NCBI GenBank assembly: GCA_963729625.1 | Contig: CAVSOU010000011.1 | Coordinates: 672,001-736,000 of the forward strand | Source of the DNA: an uncultured bacterium | Lineage (GTDB): Bacteria; Chloroflexota; UBA5177; JANWHV01 | Length of the DNA: 64,000 nucleotides | Reading direction: 5' to 3' | Shown: positions 10,271-20,250 of the stretch, piece after piece | Numbering within the stretch: the first letter of the stretch is position 1 | How the letters are laid out: each line of letters opens with the position of its first letter | Position numbers and translations under genes: made by a program | The notes under the pieces: model-generated | What the model saw: the letters and a program-made list of their open reading frames with translations, nothing else | What the model was told of the DNA's origin: nothing | The model's database searches: none

Positions 10271-13200
10271 TCAAGCGGTCGGACTTGTCCAGCGCCAGCC
10301 CAGCCGTCGAACCTCCGGGCCGATCCGCTCAACGATATCTAGGCGTTCGGCGTCCGCTGCCACCGCCAGGTGGGTGGCAGCCTGCTCACGCGCCACTGCC
10401 GCCAGGTCCGCCAGCGCGGGCCCGAGTTCCAGCATGTTGCCACTGGCCCGCGCCAGGTCTGCGGCATTACGCAAGGCGGTCACCGCCCCTGTGCCATCGC
10501 CTCGGCTTGCCAGCAGCAATCCCCGTGCCCTCGCCAGTGTGGGCTGATTCCACGCTGTGCCGTCGCGCTCCACCCGCGTCCCAGCCTGCGCCAGCACGCG
10601 CGCGGCATCCGGATGGCGGCGCCGGGCCAGCACGAGCGCGAGGAGTGCGATATCCACGTTCGCCATACCCGTCGCCTGCAAACCGACCAGTTCGCGGGCC
10701 AGCGCCTCCGCCTCGCCGAACCGCCCTTCCAGCTCCATTCGCCAGGCCAGATCGAAGAGCCAGTTCTGCAACGCGACAACCCGTCGGTCTCCTCGCTGCC
10801 GTGCCGTCGCCACCGCGTCGTGCAACAACCCGCGCGCGCTATCCCGGTCGCCAGTCATTGTGGCGAGAAGCACAGCCACGTCCTGGGGCCACTCATCCGG
10901 ATCCACGGCCTGGGCTCTGTGCAGGAGCGCCCGGCCCTCCGCCCAGTCGCCGGCCAGGTAGCATTGCCCGGCGAGGAACAAGGACCCGATGGCAATACCA
11001 GCCGGACGCCCGGTCTGCTCGTCTGCGGCCAGAGCGCGACGGTGATCCGCATAGGCGGCGGCAAAATCTCCGGCCAGACAGTGAGCATTGGCGCGCTGGG
11101 TCCAGATGCGAGCCAGCAACACGGCATCGCCTGCCGCGTGGGCAGCGGGCTCCGCCTCGTCCAGGCGAGCGATAATCTCCTGCGGCCGGGTGCCTGCGCC
11201 GAGCTGCACGAACGTTAGCTCGAGCAGGGCGCGCGCCCGCACGGCACTCTCGCCGAGTTGCTCAGCCAGGGCCAGGCCACGCGCGCCTAATGCGGCAGCC
11301 GCTGTCCGATCCCCGCTAAAGTAGGCAGCGCGTGCGGCATCCAGCAGCAGGCGGGCGAATTCGGCATTCTCCTGCTCCGGCGGCCACAACGCCAGCGCCG
11401 CGTCCAAGTGTGGCGCCGCAGCATCAGTGTCGTAGGCGAACTGGTGTACCCAGGCGATGTCCCGGTGCGCACGTGCCCGACCCAGGCAATCGCCTAACTG
11501 CTCAAAGGCGTGCAGCGCGAGCGCCAAGGCCGCCAGCGCCTCCTCCCGCCTGCCGAGGTCGTGCAGGACGCGGCCCAGCTTGAGTCGTACCTCAGCCGCT
11601 TCGGCCATGCGTTCTTGCTCCAGGAGCAAGTCTAGCGCGGTCCGATACTGCTCCTCAGCCTGCCTTGCGGCGTACACGCCGGCTGCGTGGTCTCCAGCCT
11701 GGATAGCATAGCGCGCCGCACGCGCATCGTCACCGGCCGCCAGGAAATGGGCGGCCAATTCGCCGGCCATCTCCGGTCGTTGCCCGCGCTCCCGTTCCAG
11801 CGCCTCCCCGGCCCGCAGATGTAGCCGCCGCAGCCGGAATCGCGGCACCTCCTCGTAGAGCGTTTGGGCGATCAGCTGATGCGTGAAGGCGTAGCGCTCG
11901 CCGCGTCCCGCTCGCCGCTCTTGCAGCACCTTCAGCGCTAGCGCCGCCTCCAGGTGCTCAAGCACCGCCGCCTCCGTCTGCTCCGCCGCACCCACCAGTA
12001 CGGGCAGCTCAAATTCCTGACCCAACACGCTGGCCTGCCGCAAAAGCGCCTGCGCTTCGGGCACCAGCCGGCCCAGCCGTTGCCCAACTGCCGATCGCAC
12101 GCTCTGGGGCACAGTCATGTGCTCGAGGGCCGCGCGATCCCAGCCGTCACCCGAACGACCGGCTGTGCCTTGCTCCAGCAGCGCGCGCAACACCTCCTCG
12201 GTGAAGAAGGGATTGCCCTCGGTGCGCTCGTGCACCAGGTCGCGCAGTTCCTCGGTGACGGTCGCCACGTCGCAGCGGTCGCGGATCAGCGCGGCAGTGC
12301 CCGCGGGTGGCAGACCGCGCACGACCAACACGTCCGCCACGCGGTCTCGAGTCAGCGCCGTTACGGTGGCCTCCAGGGGGTGCTGGCGCCCCACCTCTAC
12401 GTCCCCGTAGGTACCCAAGAGTAGGACGCGCTCGCCGCGCAATGATCGCGCCAAATGGGCCAGCAGCTCCAGGGATGCGCCGTCGGCCCAGTGCAGATCG
12501 TCCAACGCCAGGGCGAGTGGCCCTTCCCTGGCCAGGGCGGTCAGGAAGGCGGCCACCGTGCGCAGCACGCGCAGACCGGCTTCCGGGCCCTCGCTGCGGG
12601 CTGGAACACTGAGCAGCTCAGGTACCAGCCGGCCAAGCTCGCCGAAGCGTTCAACCGCGGCAGCGCGCAGGGCAGGCGATGCGAGCGACCAGGCCGTGGT
12701 CAGGACTTCCACGAAGGGGCTGAAGGCGGTGCCGCTGCGTTCCTCGTAGCAGCGTCCGACCAGCACACGCATGCCCCGTTCTGCTGCCAGCAGCAGCGCT
12801 TCTTGGGCCAGCCGGGTCTTGCCTACGCCCGGCTAGCCGGCTAGCCATAGCATCGTGCCATTCCCGTCGATGCTGGTCTGGAGGGCCGCACGGATCGTCG
12901 TCATCTCCGACTCCCGTGCGGCGAGAGCGTGCAGCGGCCTGGCACCCAGGTAGCCGCCGGACGGCATCGTGGCAGGCGGGCAGGTAGGGGTACGCGCACC
13001 CACCTTGCCACTCTCGGCGTATGCGGTGACGCTTGGTGGCAGGACTTTGCGATGACCGGCAGCTACGAACTCGGCCAGGTCCTTCCCGCTCAGTGCCAAG
13101 CCTTCGATCAGCAGAGCGAGTGTGTCCCTGCGCGGTAGCAGCCGTACACCGCGCTCCAGATCGCTGATGCCGCGTTTGCTCAGGCCCGCACGCTCGGCCA

Positions 13201-13282
13201 GTTCCTCCTGGGTGAGGCCGGCTGCTTTGCGCGCCCGTAGCAGCAGCGTGCCAAACGATGTAGCCCCTGGCTCGGCATGCAT
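10271..13282 (-). pseudogene. XRE-HTH + AAA_16/STAND ATPase + TPR regulator, interrupted by one in-frame TAG
   Basis: HTH (FGTLLLRARKAAGLTQEELAERAGLS), then LAG*PGVGKTRLA (TAG at 12833-12835) in frame with LDDLHWAD, RTEGNPFF and TPRs. Start uncertain (13282/13330/13351). Confidence 0.88.
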
Positions 13283-13573
13283 GCCGCCCCACCCCGCGAT
13301 GTGCGGCGCCGACGCGCTGCTCGGCGCCATCCCGTGGTTTGGAGCCATCATAGCAGAAACGCATCCAGCCGTGTGCTCGGAAGGCCGCGCCGCGTCCTTC
13401 TCTGACGATGCAGGCTCACACGCAGCTTGTTAGGTGGATCTGGTCAGGATGCGTGGCCGAATGCGTGCCTACCCGCGTGCGTTCTGCCTCGTCAGCAGGC
13501 CCTCCTCGGCGCAGACTGTACCCCACAGAACGAGATCGCCGTGCAGGTCATGCAGCCGACAAGGGAGAAGAAG

Positions 13574-13783
13574 ATGGACACCCGATTAGCTCGAACAGAC
13601 AACCTCTTCAGCCTGACCCTCGCTATGGTCCAGCGCCACCAAGAGGATCTGCGGCGTGAGGTCCTAGACGACCGCGCTGCGCAGTCCTACGTGAGTTGTG
13701 CCCCCCGGACGCGCCGATTCCGGTTCCTCGAAGCGATGCGGCGCCAGGCGTGTGCGCGGTTCATGGTTGCCAACGCCCGGTAA
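13574..13783 (+). CDS. Small hypothetical protein (69 aa), divergent from the XRE-STAND gene
   Basis: RBS AAGGGAG. MDTRLART...AMVQRHQEDLRREVLDDRAA resembles small helical proteins found beside Chloroflexota/actinobacterial regulators. Confidence 0.6.
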   Translation: MDTRLARTDNLFSLTLAMVQRHQEDLRREVLDDRAAQSYVSCAPRTRRFRFLEAMRRQACARFMVANAR

Positions 13784-13986
13784 TTGTCTCGCAGCGCATG
13801 GATGGACTTCTGCTGGCGTGTTCCTAGTCCATGAGCACGTTCCTAACCAGGTACCGCTGCAACGAGCGACATGACGGCATCGCGAGAGGATGTGGCTACA
13901 ACAGGCTGGTACACCTTGGGGGTCGTGGCGTTTCCTGGAGAGCATCACGTTTGCCAGAACTATGCCCGAAATGTGTACCCCATCCG

Positions 13987-14493
13987 GGCTCTCCCGCACT
14001 CTCGGTGATGTCGACTGAGCGGTAAACTGGAGACACGCCTTCTCCTCATTCTTCTCCATCGTTCCGCAGCAAGGTTTCCATGCTCACAAATCGGTTATTC
14101 CTGCACCTACGATCCCTGCATCTGCAAAGTGTCATGATCGACGGCGGCACCGTCATCATGACCGCCGCGGTCAAGCGTCCCTGCGCGCGCTGTCCTCTCT
14201 GTGGGCACTCTTCGACGCGCGTCCATTCCCAGTACTGGCGAATTGTGGCCGATCTGCCCGTGAGCCAGCGGGCGGTAGTGATCGTGATGCAGGTCCGGCG
14301 CTTCCGCTGTCTGTCGCCCAAGTGCCCGCGGCGCATCTTCGCCGAGCGCTTGCCTGACCTCGTCGCGCCCTATGCTCGCAAGAGTCGGGGTCTCCACCAG
14401 GCCTTGGTGCACGTTGCGTTCGTTGCCGGTGGCGAGGCTGGTGCACGACTGGCACGCCACCTTGGCATGCAGACCAGCCCTGATACGCTGCTG
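13987..14493 (+). mobile_element. ISL3-family element remnant (left end plus N-terminal transposase)
   Basis: GGCTCT-type end at 13987. ORF from 14080 has zf-ISL3 (CPLCG..HSQYWR.VADLP..RRFRC..C..RIFAE) and GGEAGARLA, truncated after SPDTLL. Confidence 0.88.
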
Positions 14494-14630
14494 CTGCAGC
14501 AACTTGGCACGCGGATCGCCCCATTTCTGGCTGGGACTAACAAAGACATCGTGCCGTTTCAACCCGGCCTGGAGTTGCTCGAGCACGGCAAACGAGTACG
14601 CACGCCGGCTGATCGCGTTGGTCGGCTGTG
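14490..14630 (-). mobile_element. Tn3-family transposase internal fragment
   Basis: ISRRAYSFAVLEQLQAGLKRHDVFVSPSQKWGDPRAKLL matches a conserved Tn3 TnpA segment. Confidence 0.75.
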
Positions 14631-15172
14631 CCGGCCCGCAGCAGATACTGCCGTGCGCACGAGGAGACGGCGGCTGAATCGATGGGTTGGCGCGGCGCAG
14701 CCGATCGGAAGAACACGTGCCGATCCGCTGTCCTTGGCCGACCATGTTGCAGATAGTCGACGATGGCCTCACCGACGGCCTTCGACAGCGGGAACGCCGT
14801 CGCGTGACCGGCCTTCCGCTCCGGTATCGCCAGCCGCTCGTGTTTCCAGTCGATGTCGTTGAGGGTCAGCGCAGCCACCTCGCGGCCCCGCAGGCCGTAG
14901 GTCACGAGCAGCAGCAGGATCGCGTAGTCCCGTTTGCCACACGGGGTCCGTCGATCGACGGCCGCGAGCACGCTGCCGACCTCGGTCCAGGAGATCGACC
15001 GCGGGATGTCCGACAGACGGTAGACCTGCGGCCATTCGACGGCCTAACTGAGATCGCTGCCGATGCTGCCTGCGCGATGTGCGTAGCGCAGGAAGACGTG
15101 CAGCACCCCGCAGCAGTCTCGCACGGTCGTTTTGGCCAGACCGTTCGCCGAGCGCTCAGCCACAAACGCGCG
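14630..15172 (-). pseudogene. Tyrosine recombinase (RIT-type) fragment
   Basis: VFLRYAHR..DLS*AVEWPQVYRLSDIPRSISW..GKRDYAILLLLVTYGLRGREVAALTLNDIDW. TAG at 15044-15046; C-terminal catalytic residues missing. Confidence 0.85.
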
Positions 15173-15290
15173 CAAGCTTGAGCTTCGCTTCCCCGGCTAC
15201 CTCTCGGATATGCGCCGGATCGGTGCTGCCCACCAGCGGGAGGATCCCTGCTGGATGCCCCAGGAGCCAGGCTGATGCCAGCTGACAGGC
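15170..15290 (-). pseudogene. Aldo/keto reductase C-terminal fragment
   Basis: QLASAWLLGHPAGILPLVGSTDPAHIREVAGEAKLKL. Confidence 0.6.
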
Positions 15291-15465
15291 GAGTAGTAGA
15301 GTGACGACATGGATCGCTCCTGGGCCACCCTGCGACTGCCTCCCGTGGCTCCGATCGGGGCTGGCGGTCAAGTTCGCTTCGTATGATAATGGGACCAGGC
15401 CGCGTGTCCGCCGGCGGTGCCGTGTGGGACGCACCGGCGTGAGCACGCGACAGTGGGAGGTCACC

Positions 15466-18057
15466 ATGCCACACCATGTCGGCCGCGGACGAGAGGGAGG
15501 CCGGTGCCTGGCCGTTCGGCTCCTCAGCGTAGGGCTGGCCGCGACGCTTGCTCTGAACGTCTCATTCCCCACGGCCTATGGCGCACCGGCTCGGAGCCGG
15601 ACCGGCCTCATCTGCACGTGGATCTCCACGGCGCAGGATCTGCAGAACATCACTGCCGACCGGACGGATGACCGGACGCTCAACCTCGACTACTGCCTGC
15701 AGAACGACATCGACCTGAGTACCCTGGGCAAGTCATTCTGGTCGATCGGGACGAACGATCACCCGTTCACGGGCTCGTTCGACGGGAACGGCCACACGAT
15801 TCGCAACCTGTACCTCGTCGCGAACCCCCTTATGTATGCGCCCGCGTGGGCAAGCTCCGTTGGACTCTTCGGCTTCATCGCGAAGGGAGCGTGGGTACGC
15901 GCGCTGCATCTCGAGAACGTGCACGTGTCGGGCGGCGACGCCGAATCAGTCGGAGCCCTGGCAGGAGCATGCGAGGGCGACGTCACAGATATCGACGTGT
16001 CGGGCACCGTCGACGGGTCCGGACTGGTTGCCGGCAGCGTGATCGGCTTCCTGGGAACCGGCGCCACCATGACCGGATCGCACAGCTCAGCCGCCGTGAC
16101 GCACGTTGCTTCCAACACTGGAGGGCCGATCGCGGATACCGGCGGCCTCGTTGGTCAGAATCAAGGCAGAATCATCAAATCGTACAACACCGGCCCGGTG
16201 ACGGAGGCCGGTGCCGGCAACGCCGTGGGCGGCGTGACCGGTATGAACGAAGGCTTTGCAATCGATCAGTCGTACAACACCGGTCCTATCATCGCGGGGG
16301 CTGGTGCGCTGGAAGGCGGCCTGGTAGGCGTCAACATGGCGGGATTCATCGTGCACTCGTACAACACCGGCTCCGTGAGCGACCAGGGGAGCAGCGCGCA
16401 GGTGGGCGGCCTGGTCGGCGAAAACCAGGCATCGATCGTCCAGTCGTACAGCACGGGAGCCGTATCGGAGAAGGGCTCCGCGAACGAGGTTGGGGGCCTG
16501 GTCGGGCAATCGTACGGTGCTATCAGCCAGTCGTTTCATATCGGCACCGTGGATGGCGGCGACCAGTCGACGGCCGGCGGCCTTGTTGGAGCCGAATACC
16601 ATGCCGTTAGGCAAGGCACAGTACTCGACGGGACAATTAGCGAGACCTACAGCGCCGGCCCTATAATCGCCGGCAGCAACGGGTCTCTGGGCGGGCTGGT
16701 CGGCCAGAAGAAGAACAGCGCCGCGGATGGGCCGATCCAGAGCTTCTTCGACGCCAGTACCTGCAGCGGCTGCGGAGCCAACATCGGCGTGGGTCGCTCA
16801 ACCCAGGACATGACGACCAGCAGCGCGTTCGCCGGCTGGGACTTCACGGCGGTCTGGCACATCGAGGAGGGCGTGAGTTACCCGTTTTTCTCCTGGGCCG
16901 CGACACCCCCACTCGCCCCGCTCCCGACGCGAACTGCCACCGCCTCGCCAACGGTGACCTCAACCTCGACAGCAGTGGAAAGCGTCACTGTGGCAGCCAC
17001 CTCCCCGTCGACTGCGCTCGCGACTCCCACCGGTCTGCCATCGGTGAGCATAACGCCCGCCGGCCCGCTCACACAGGTTATTGACCTTGCCCCGTTGGCC
17101 GACCGGCGATATGGCGAGCCGCCCTTCCAGGTCCATGCCACAGGTGGCGGCTCCGGCAATCCTGTAACCTACCGAACCACGGGAAACTGCACGGCCACCG
17201 GATCTAGCGGCGGCGTGATCACCCTCACCGGAGCCGGCACCTGCACAGTGGAAGCCCAGCAAGCCCGAGGCGGTCCCTATGCAGCAGCCATCCCCGTAGC
17301 TCGAACCTTCAGCATCCTTCGCGGTCATCCTACTATCAGCTGGCCCCGGCCTGCGAGCATCGCGTGGGGCACGCGATTGGGTGCCTCCCAGCTCACTGCC
17401 CGCGCCTTGGTGGCCGGAACCTTCCGCTACACCCCTGGTGCCGGAACGATCCTGCCCGTTGGTGTAAACCAGTCTCTCTCCGTGTCCTTCACACCAGCGG
17501 ACTGGCGAAACTGGGATGCGGTGACCGCGTCTACCATCATAACGGTCGTGCCGGCCGTACCGCATGTGATACTCATGCCACTCGCCAATCGCACGTACGG
17601 CGATCCGCCCGTCCGCCTCGGCGTGAGCGGAAATTCCGCGCGGACCGCGACGCACTATAGCGTTTATGGCACCTGCATCCTGAATCCGCGCGATGTGAGT
17701 CTTGTACGTCTCACAGGAGCGGGCAGCTGCACTGTGTCTGCCTATCAGCCCGGTACGGCGGAGTATCGGGCGGTCTCCATGGCACCCGTCACGTTCAAGA
17801 TCGCCAAAGCGTGGCCGACTATCAATTGGCCTCGGCCCAAGCCCATGAATACGGCTACACGCTTGAGCCAAAAACAGTTGAACGCCAAAGCGATGTTCCA
17901 GAGACGGTCGCTGCCTGGCGTATACGCGTACACTCCCAAACTTGGTACGCAGCTTCGGGCCGGTACCTGGACCCTGCGTGTGCAGTTCACGCCCCGCGAC
18001 AGCAGGAACTTCGTGACGGCCGTGGCGACTACGACGCTGCTGGTTCTCACGCGGTGA
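15466..18057 (+). CDS. Secreted GLUG-repeat protein with Pro/Thr linker and C-terminal MBG/Ig-like repeats
   Basis: RBS GGGAGG and signal peptide. FTGSFDGNGHTIRNL, repeated VGGLVG.N...I..SY.TG.V, GWDFTAVW, and two TI.WP.P..I..GT.L...QL.A modules. Confidence 0.88.
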   Translation: MPHHVGRGREGGRCLAVRLLSVGLAATLALNVSFPTAYGAPARSRTGLICTWISTAQDLQNITADRTDDRTLNLDYCLQNDIDLSTLGKSFWSIGTNDHPFTGSFDGNGHTIRNLYLVANPLMYAPAWASSVGLFGFIAKGAWVRALHLENVHVSGGDAESVGALAGACEGDVTDIDVSGTVDGSGLVAGSVIGFLGTGATMTGSHSSAAVTHVASNTGGPIADTGGLVGQNQGRIIKSYNTGPVTEAGAGNAVGGVTGMNEGFAIDQSYNTGPIIAGAGALEGGLVGVNMAGFIVHSYNTGSVSDQGSSAQVGGLVGENQASIVQSYSTGAVSEKGSANEVGGLVGQSYGAISQSFHIGTVDGGDQSTAGGLVGAEYHAVRQGTVLDGTISETYSAGPIIAGSNGSLGGLVGQKKNSAADGPIQSFFDASTCSGCGANIGVGRSTQDMTTSSAFAGWDFTAVWHIEEGVSYPFFSWAATPPLAPLPTRTATASPTVTSTSTAVESVTVAATSPSTALATPTGLPSVSITPAGPLTQVIDLAPLADRRYGEPPFQVHATGGGSGNPVTYRTTGNCTATGSSGGVITLTGAGTCTVEAQQARGGPYAAAIPVARTFSILRGHPTISWPRPASIAWGTRLGASQLTARALVAGTFRYTPGAGTILPVGVNQSLSVSFTPADWRNWDAVTASTIITVVPAVPHVILMPLANRTYGDPPVRLGVSGNSARTATHYSVYGTCILNPRDVSLVRLTGAGSCTVSAYQPGTAEYRAVSMAPVTFKIAKAWPTINWPRPKPMNTATRLSQKQLNAKAMFQRRSLPGVYAYTPKLGTQLRAGTWTLRVQFTPRDSRNFVTAVATTTLLVLTR

Positions 18058-18165
18058 GGCAGAGGGCTGAGCAGATCATCCCTTGCGCCGGGTAGGGCAT
18101 GCCGGCAAATCTGATGCCGGCTATCCTGCCGGTTTGCTTGGCCACTTGAAAGATCGGGGCTGGGG

Positions 18166-19191
18166 TCACGCTTGGTGCAGGCAGCCTGAGCGTGGGGGCA
18201 GGGACGCGGCGGCAGCGCTGCTTAAGCGCAGTAGGGCGTGCTGCGCTGCGAGCCCAGCTTGGGCGAGGTCCGCGAGCATGCCGCTGAGTGGGTGCTGGGC
18301 GCCCATCTCCGTCTGCCGATAGGCGCCGATCACCCGCACAGTCCCTTCATGCTGCCGCACAAGGGTCGTGAGCAGATTAAGCGCGTCTGCGCCAGCCCAC
18401 TGCAGGTCGTCCAGGAGGAGCAGGGTGCCCGCCGGGCCGGCGATGTTGGCCAGGTACTGCCCCACCACGGCCCGAAAGAGGAGGCGACGCTCCTGCTCCG
18501 GCCGCAGGGTCCAGGCCGGCAGCGACTCGATGGGCCTGGCAGCCAGCTCGGGCAAGAGCCGTACCAGCCAGGCACAGCCCTGGAGCCTCACGCGCAGCCG
18601 GGCGAGCGGCTGGCTTGCGATGTCGCTCTCCAGGGCCTGGAGGAGGGGCACGTAGGGTTCCTGGCCGGCCTGGCGCTGGCAGCCGCCGGCTAGCACGTGC
18701 CAGCCCAGCTCGGTCGCCCGCTCCGCCGCCGCGGCCAGCAGGCGGGACTTGCCGATGCCCGGCTCTCCGGCCAGCAGCAGCACCGGCGGCCCCTGCCCGG
18801 CGAGTCGCCGCTCCAGCAGCACCAGCTCGCGCTCTCGGCCAACCAGCGCCGGCACGGTGGCCCCGCCTGGCCTCGGCCGGACCGCAGCCAGCGGCAACTC
18901 AGCGCGCGCCTCTGGCGGTGCCGGCGCGCCGCGCGGCCCATGGCGGCGCGGCACTGCCGCCTCCAGGTCAGCCCGTTCGTGAGCCGTCAGACCGAGCGCG
19001 TCAGCGAGCAGCCGCACCGTCTCTCGATACGGCACCGTCCGATGGCCCCGTTCGTAGGCGCTGATCGCCCGCACGGACACATGTGCGCGCTCCGCCAACT
19101 CCTCTTGCGACAATCCGGCCGCCAGCCGGTGGCGCTTGAGCAGCGCGCCGAACGGTAAGTACCGACGGGACTTCGGCTCGGGTGTCTCCAT
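18166..19191 (-). pseudogene. XRE-HTH + AAA_16 ATPase regulator, C-terminally truncated
   Basis: FGALLKRHRLAAGLSQEELAERA, LAGEPGIGKSRL, LLDDLQWA. Ends before the GNP motif and TPR region. Confidence 0.82.
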
Positions 19192-19416
19192 CGCACACGT
19201 CCATCTGCGCTGCCAGGAAACGACACTTACCGACGGGCAACCCTCGCGGCTTGCCTCCCACCATGGTATATCGGAGCAGGGCTGCCGGTCGCCAGTGTGC
19301 TGCTGCACTGTGCCGGTCAGGTGTGTGGGTGTGCCTGGGATGGGCGGCTGGCCCGGACCAGACTTGGCGTATGGACGACGCCGACCTGAGGTGACCAACG
19401 AGAAGTACTGGAGGGA

Positions 19417-19674
19417 ATGGCAATCATGAATGGATCCAGGTTCCTGCCTCGCCGGTTCAGCGGCATGCCGCTGCCGGCCCTGCTCAGCCGCTGGGGGACG
19501 CTCGTGCTGGCCTGGACGATGGCAGTCTCGCTCGGGCACGTCGGGGGCCAGGTAACGCAGGCGCACCCGGGCGCGAGCAGCGCACCGCTGGCCGGAGACT
19601 GCCTGCCACCAGTTAAGATCCTCTCCCCTGACGGGACAGCCGTGGTCTATGAGAGCCCGGCGATCTGCCCGTGA
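19417..19674 (+). CDS. Small exported peptide with C-terminal Cys pair
   Basis: RBS GGAGGG. Basic N-terminus, hydrophobic stretch, then ...GDCLPPVKILSPDGTAVVYESPAICP. Confidence 0.6.
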   Translation: MAIMNGSRFLPRRFSGMPLPALLSRWGTLVLAWTMAVSLGHVGGQVTQAHPGASSAPLAGDCLPPVKILSPDGTAVVYESPAICP

Positions 19675-20250
19675 CGTGCGCCGAGGGCTGCTGTCAGTCG
19701 CACCCGGCGCGACAGAGTCACGTGGCCTGTGATCCTCACCCTGGGGGCGTGGCGAGAGACCAGGCGGTGGAACCAACCATGTTCGACCGCCTGTCGACGT
19801 GCGCTGTTCCAACCGGTGCATGCTGCGTGCGGCATTCACCGGCGGCTTGATCATGACGAGCCAGCGCACACGAGATAGGATAGATGTCGCCCTGCGGGTG
19901 GAATGACCGTGAATGCTTATGCATGATGTTGCAAGACCCGCAGACCGATTCCTGACTACGAGTGCGGCATGAAGGAATGCACACGCCCGGGGCGCAAGTC
20001 GCGGGACACAGCGCGGTAGCGCATGGCAGCAAATGCTGGCCGTGTCGGTCGGGTCACAAGCGAGAGCGGCGGTGACGTGGCGCTCACCGCTTCTTTTCCG
20101 TCTACCCGCTCAACCTGAACACTACCTGCCTGCGCACGCAACGGCCTCTGCACGCATCCAAGCAAGCAGTCCCTTGCGTGTGGGATAGGGCCGGTCCATA
20201 CTAAGCGGGGAGATCGACGTTCGACCGTGCTCGGGGGCCGCCAATGGCAA

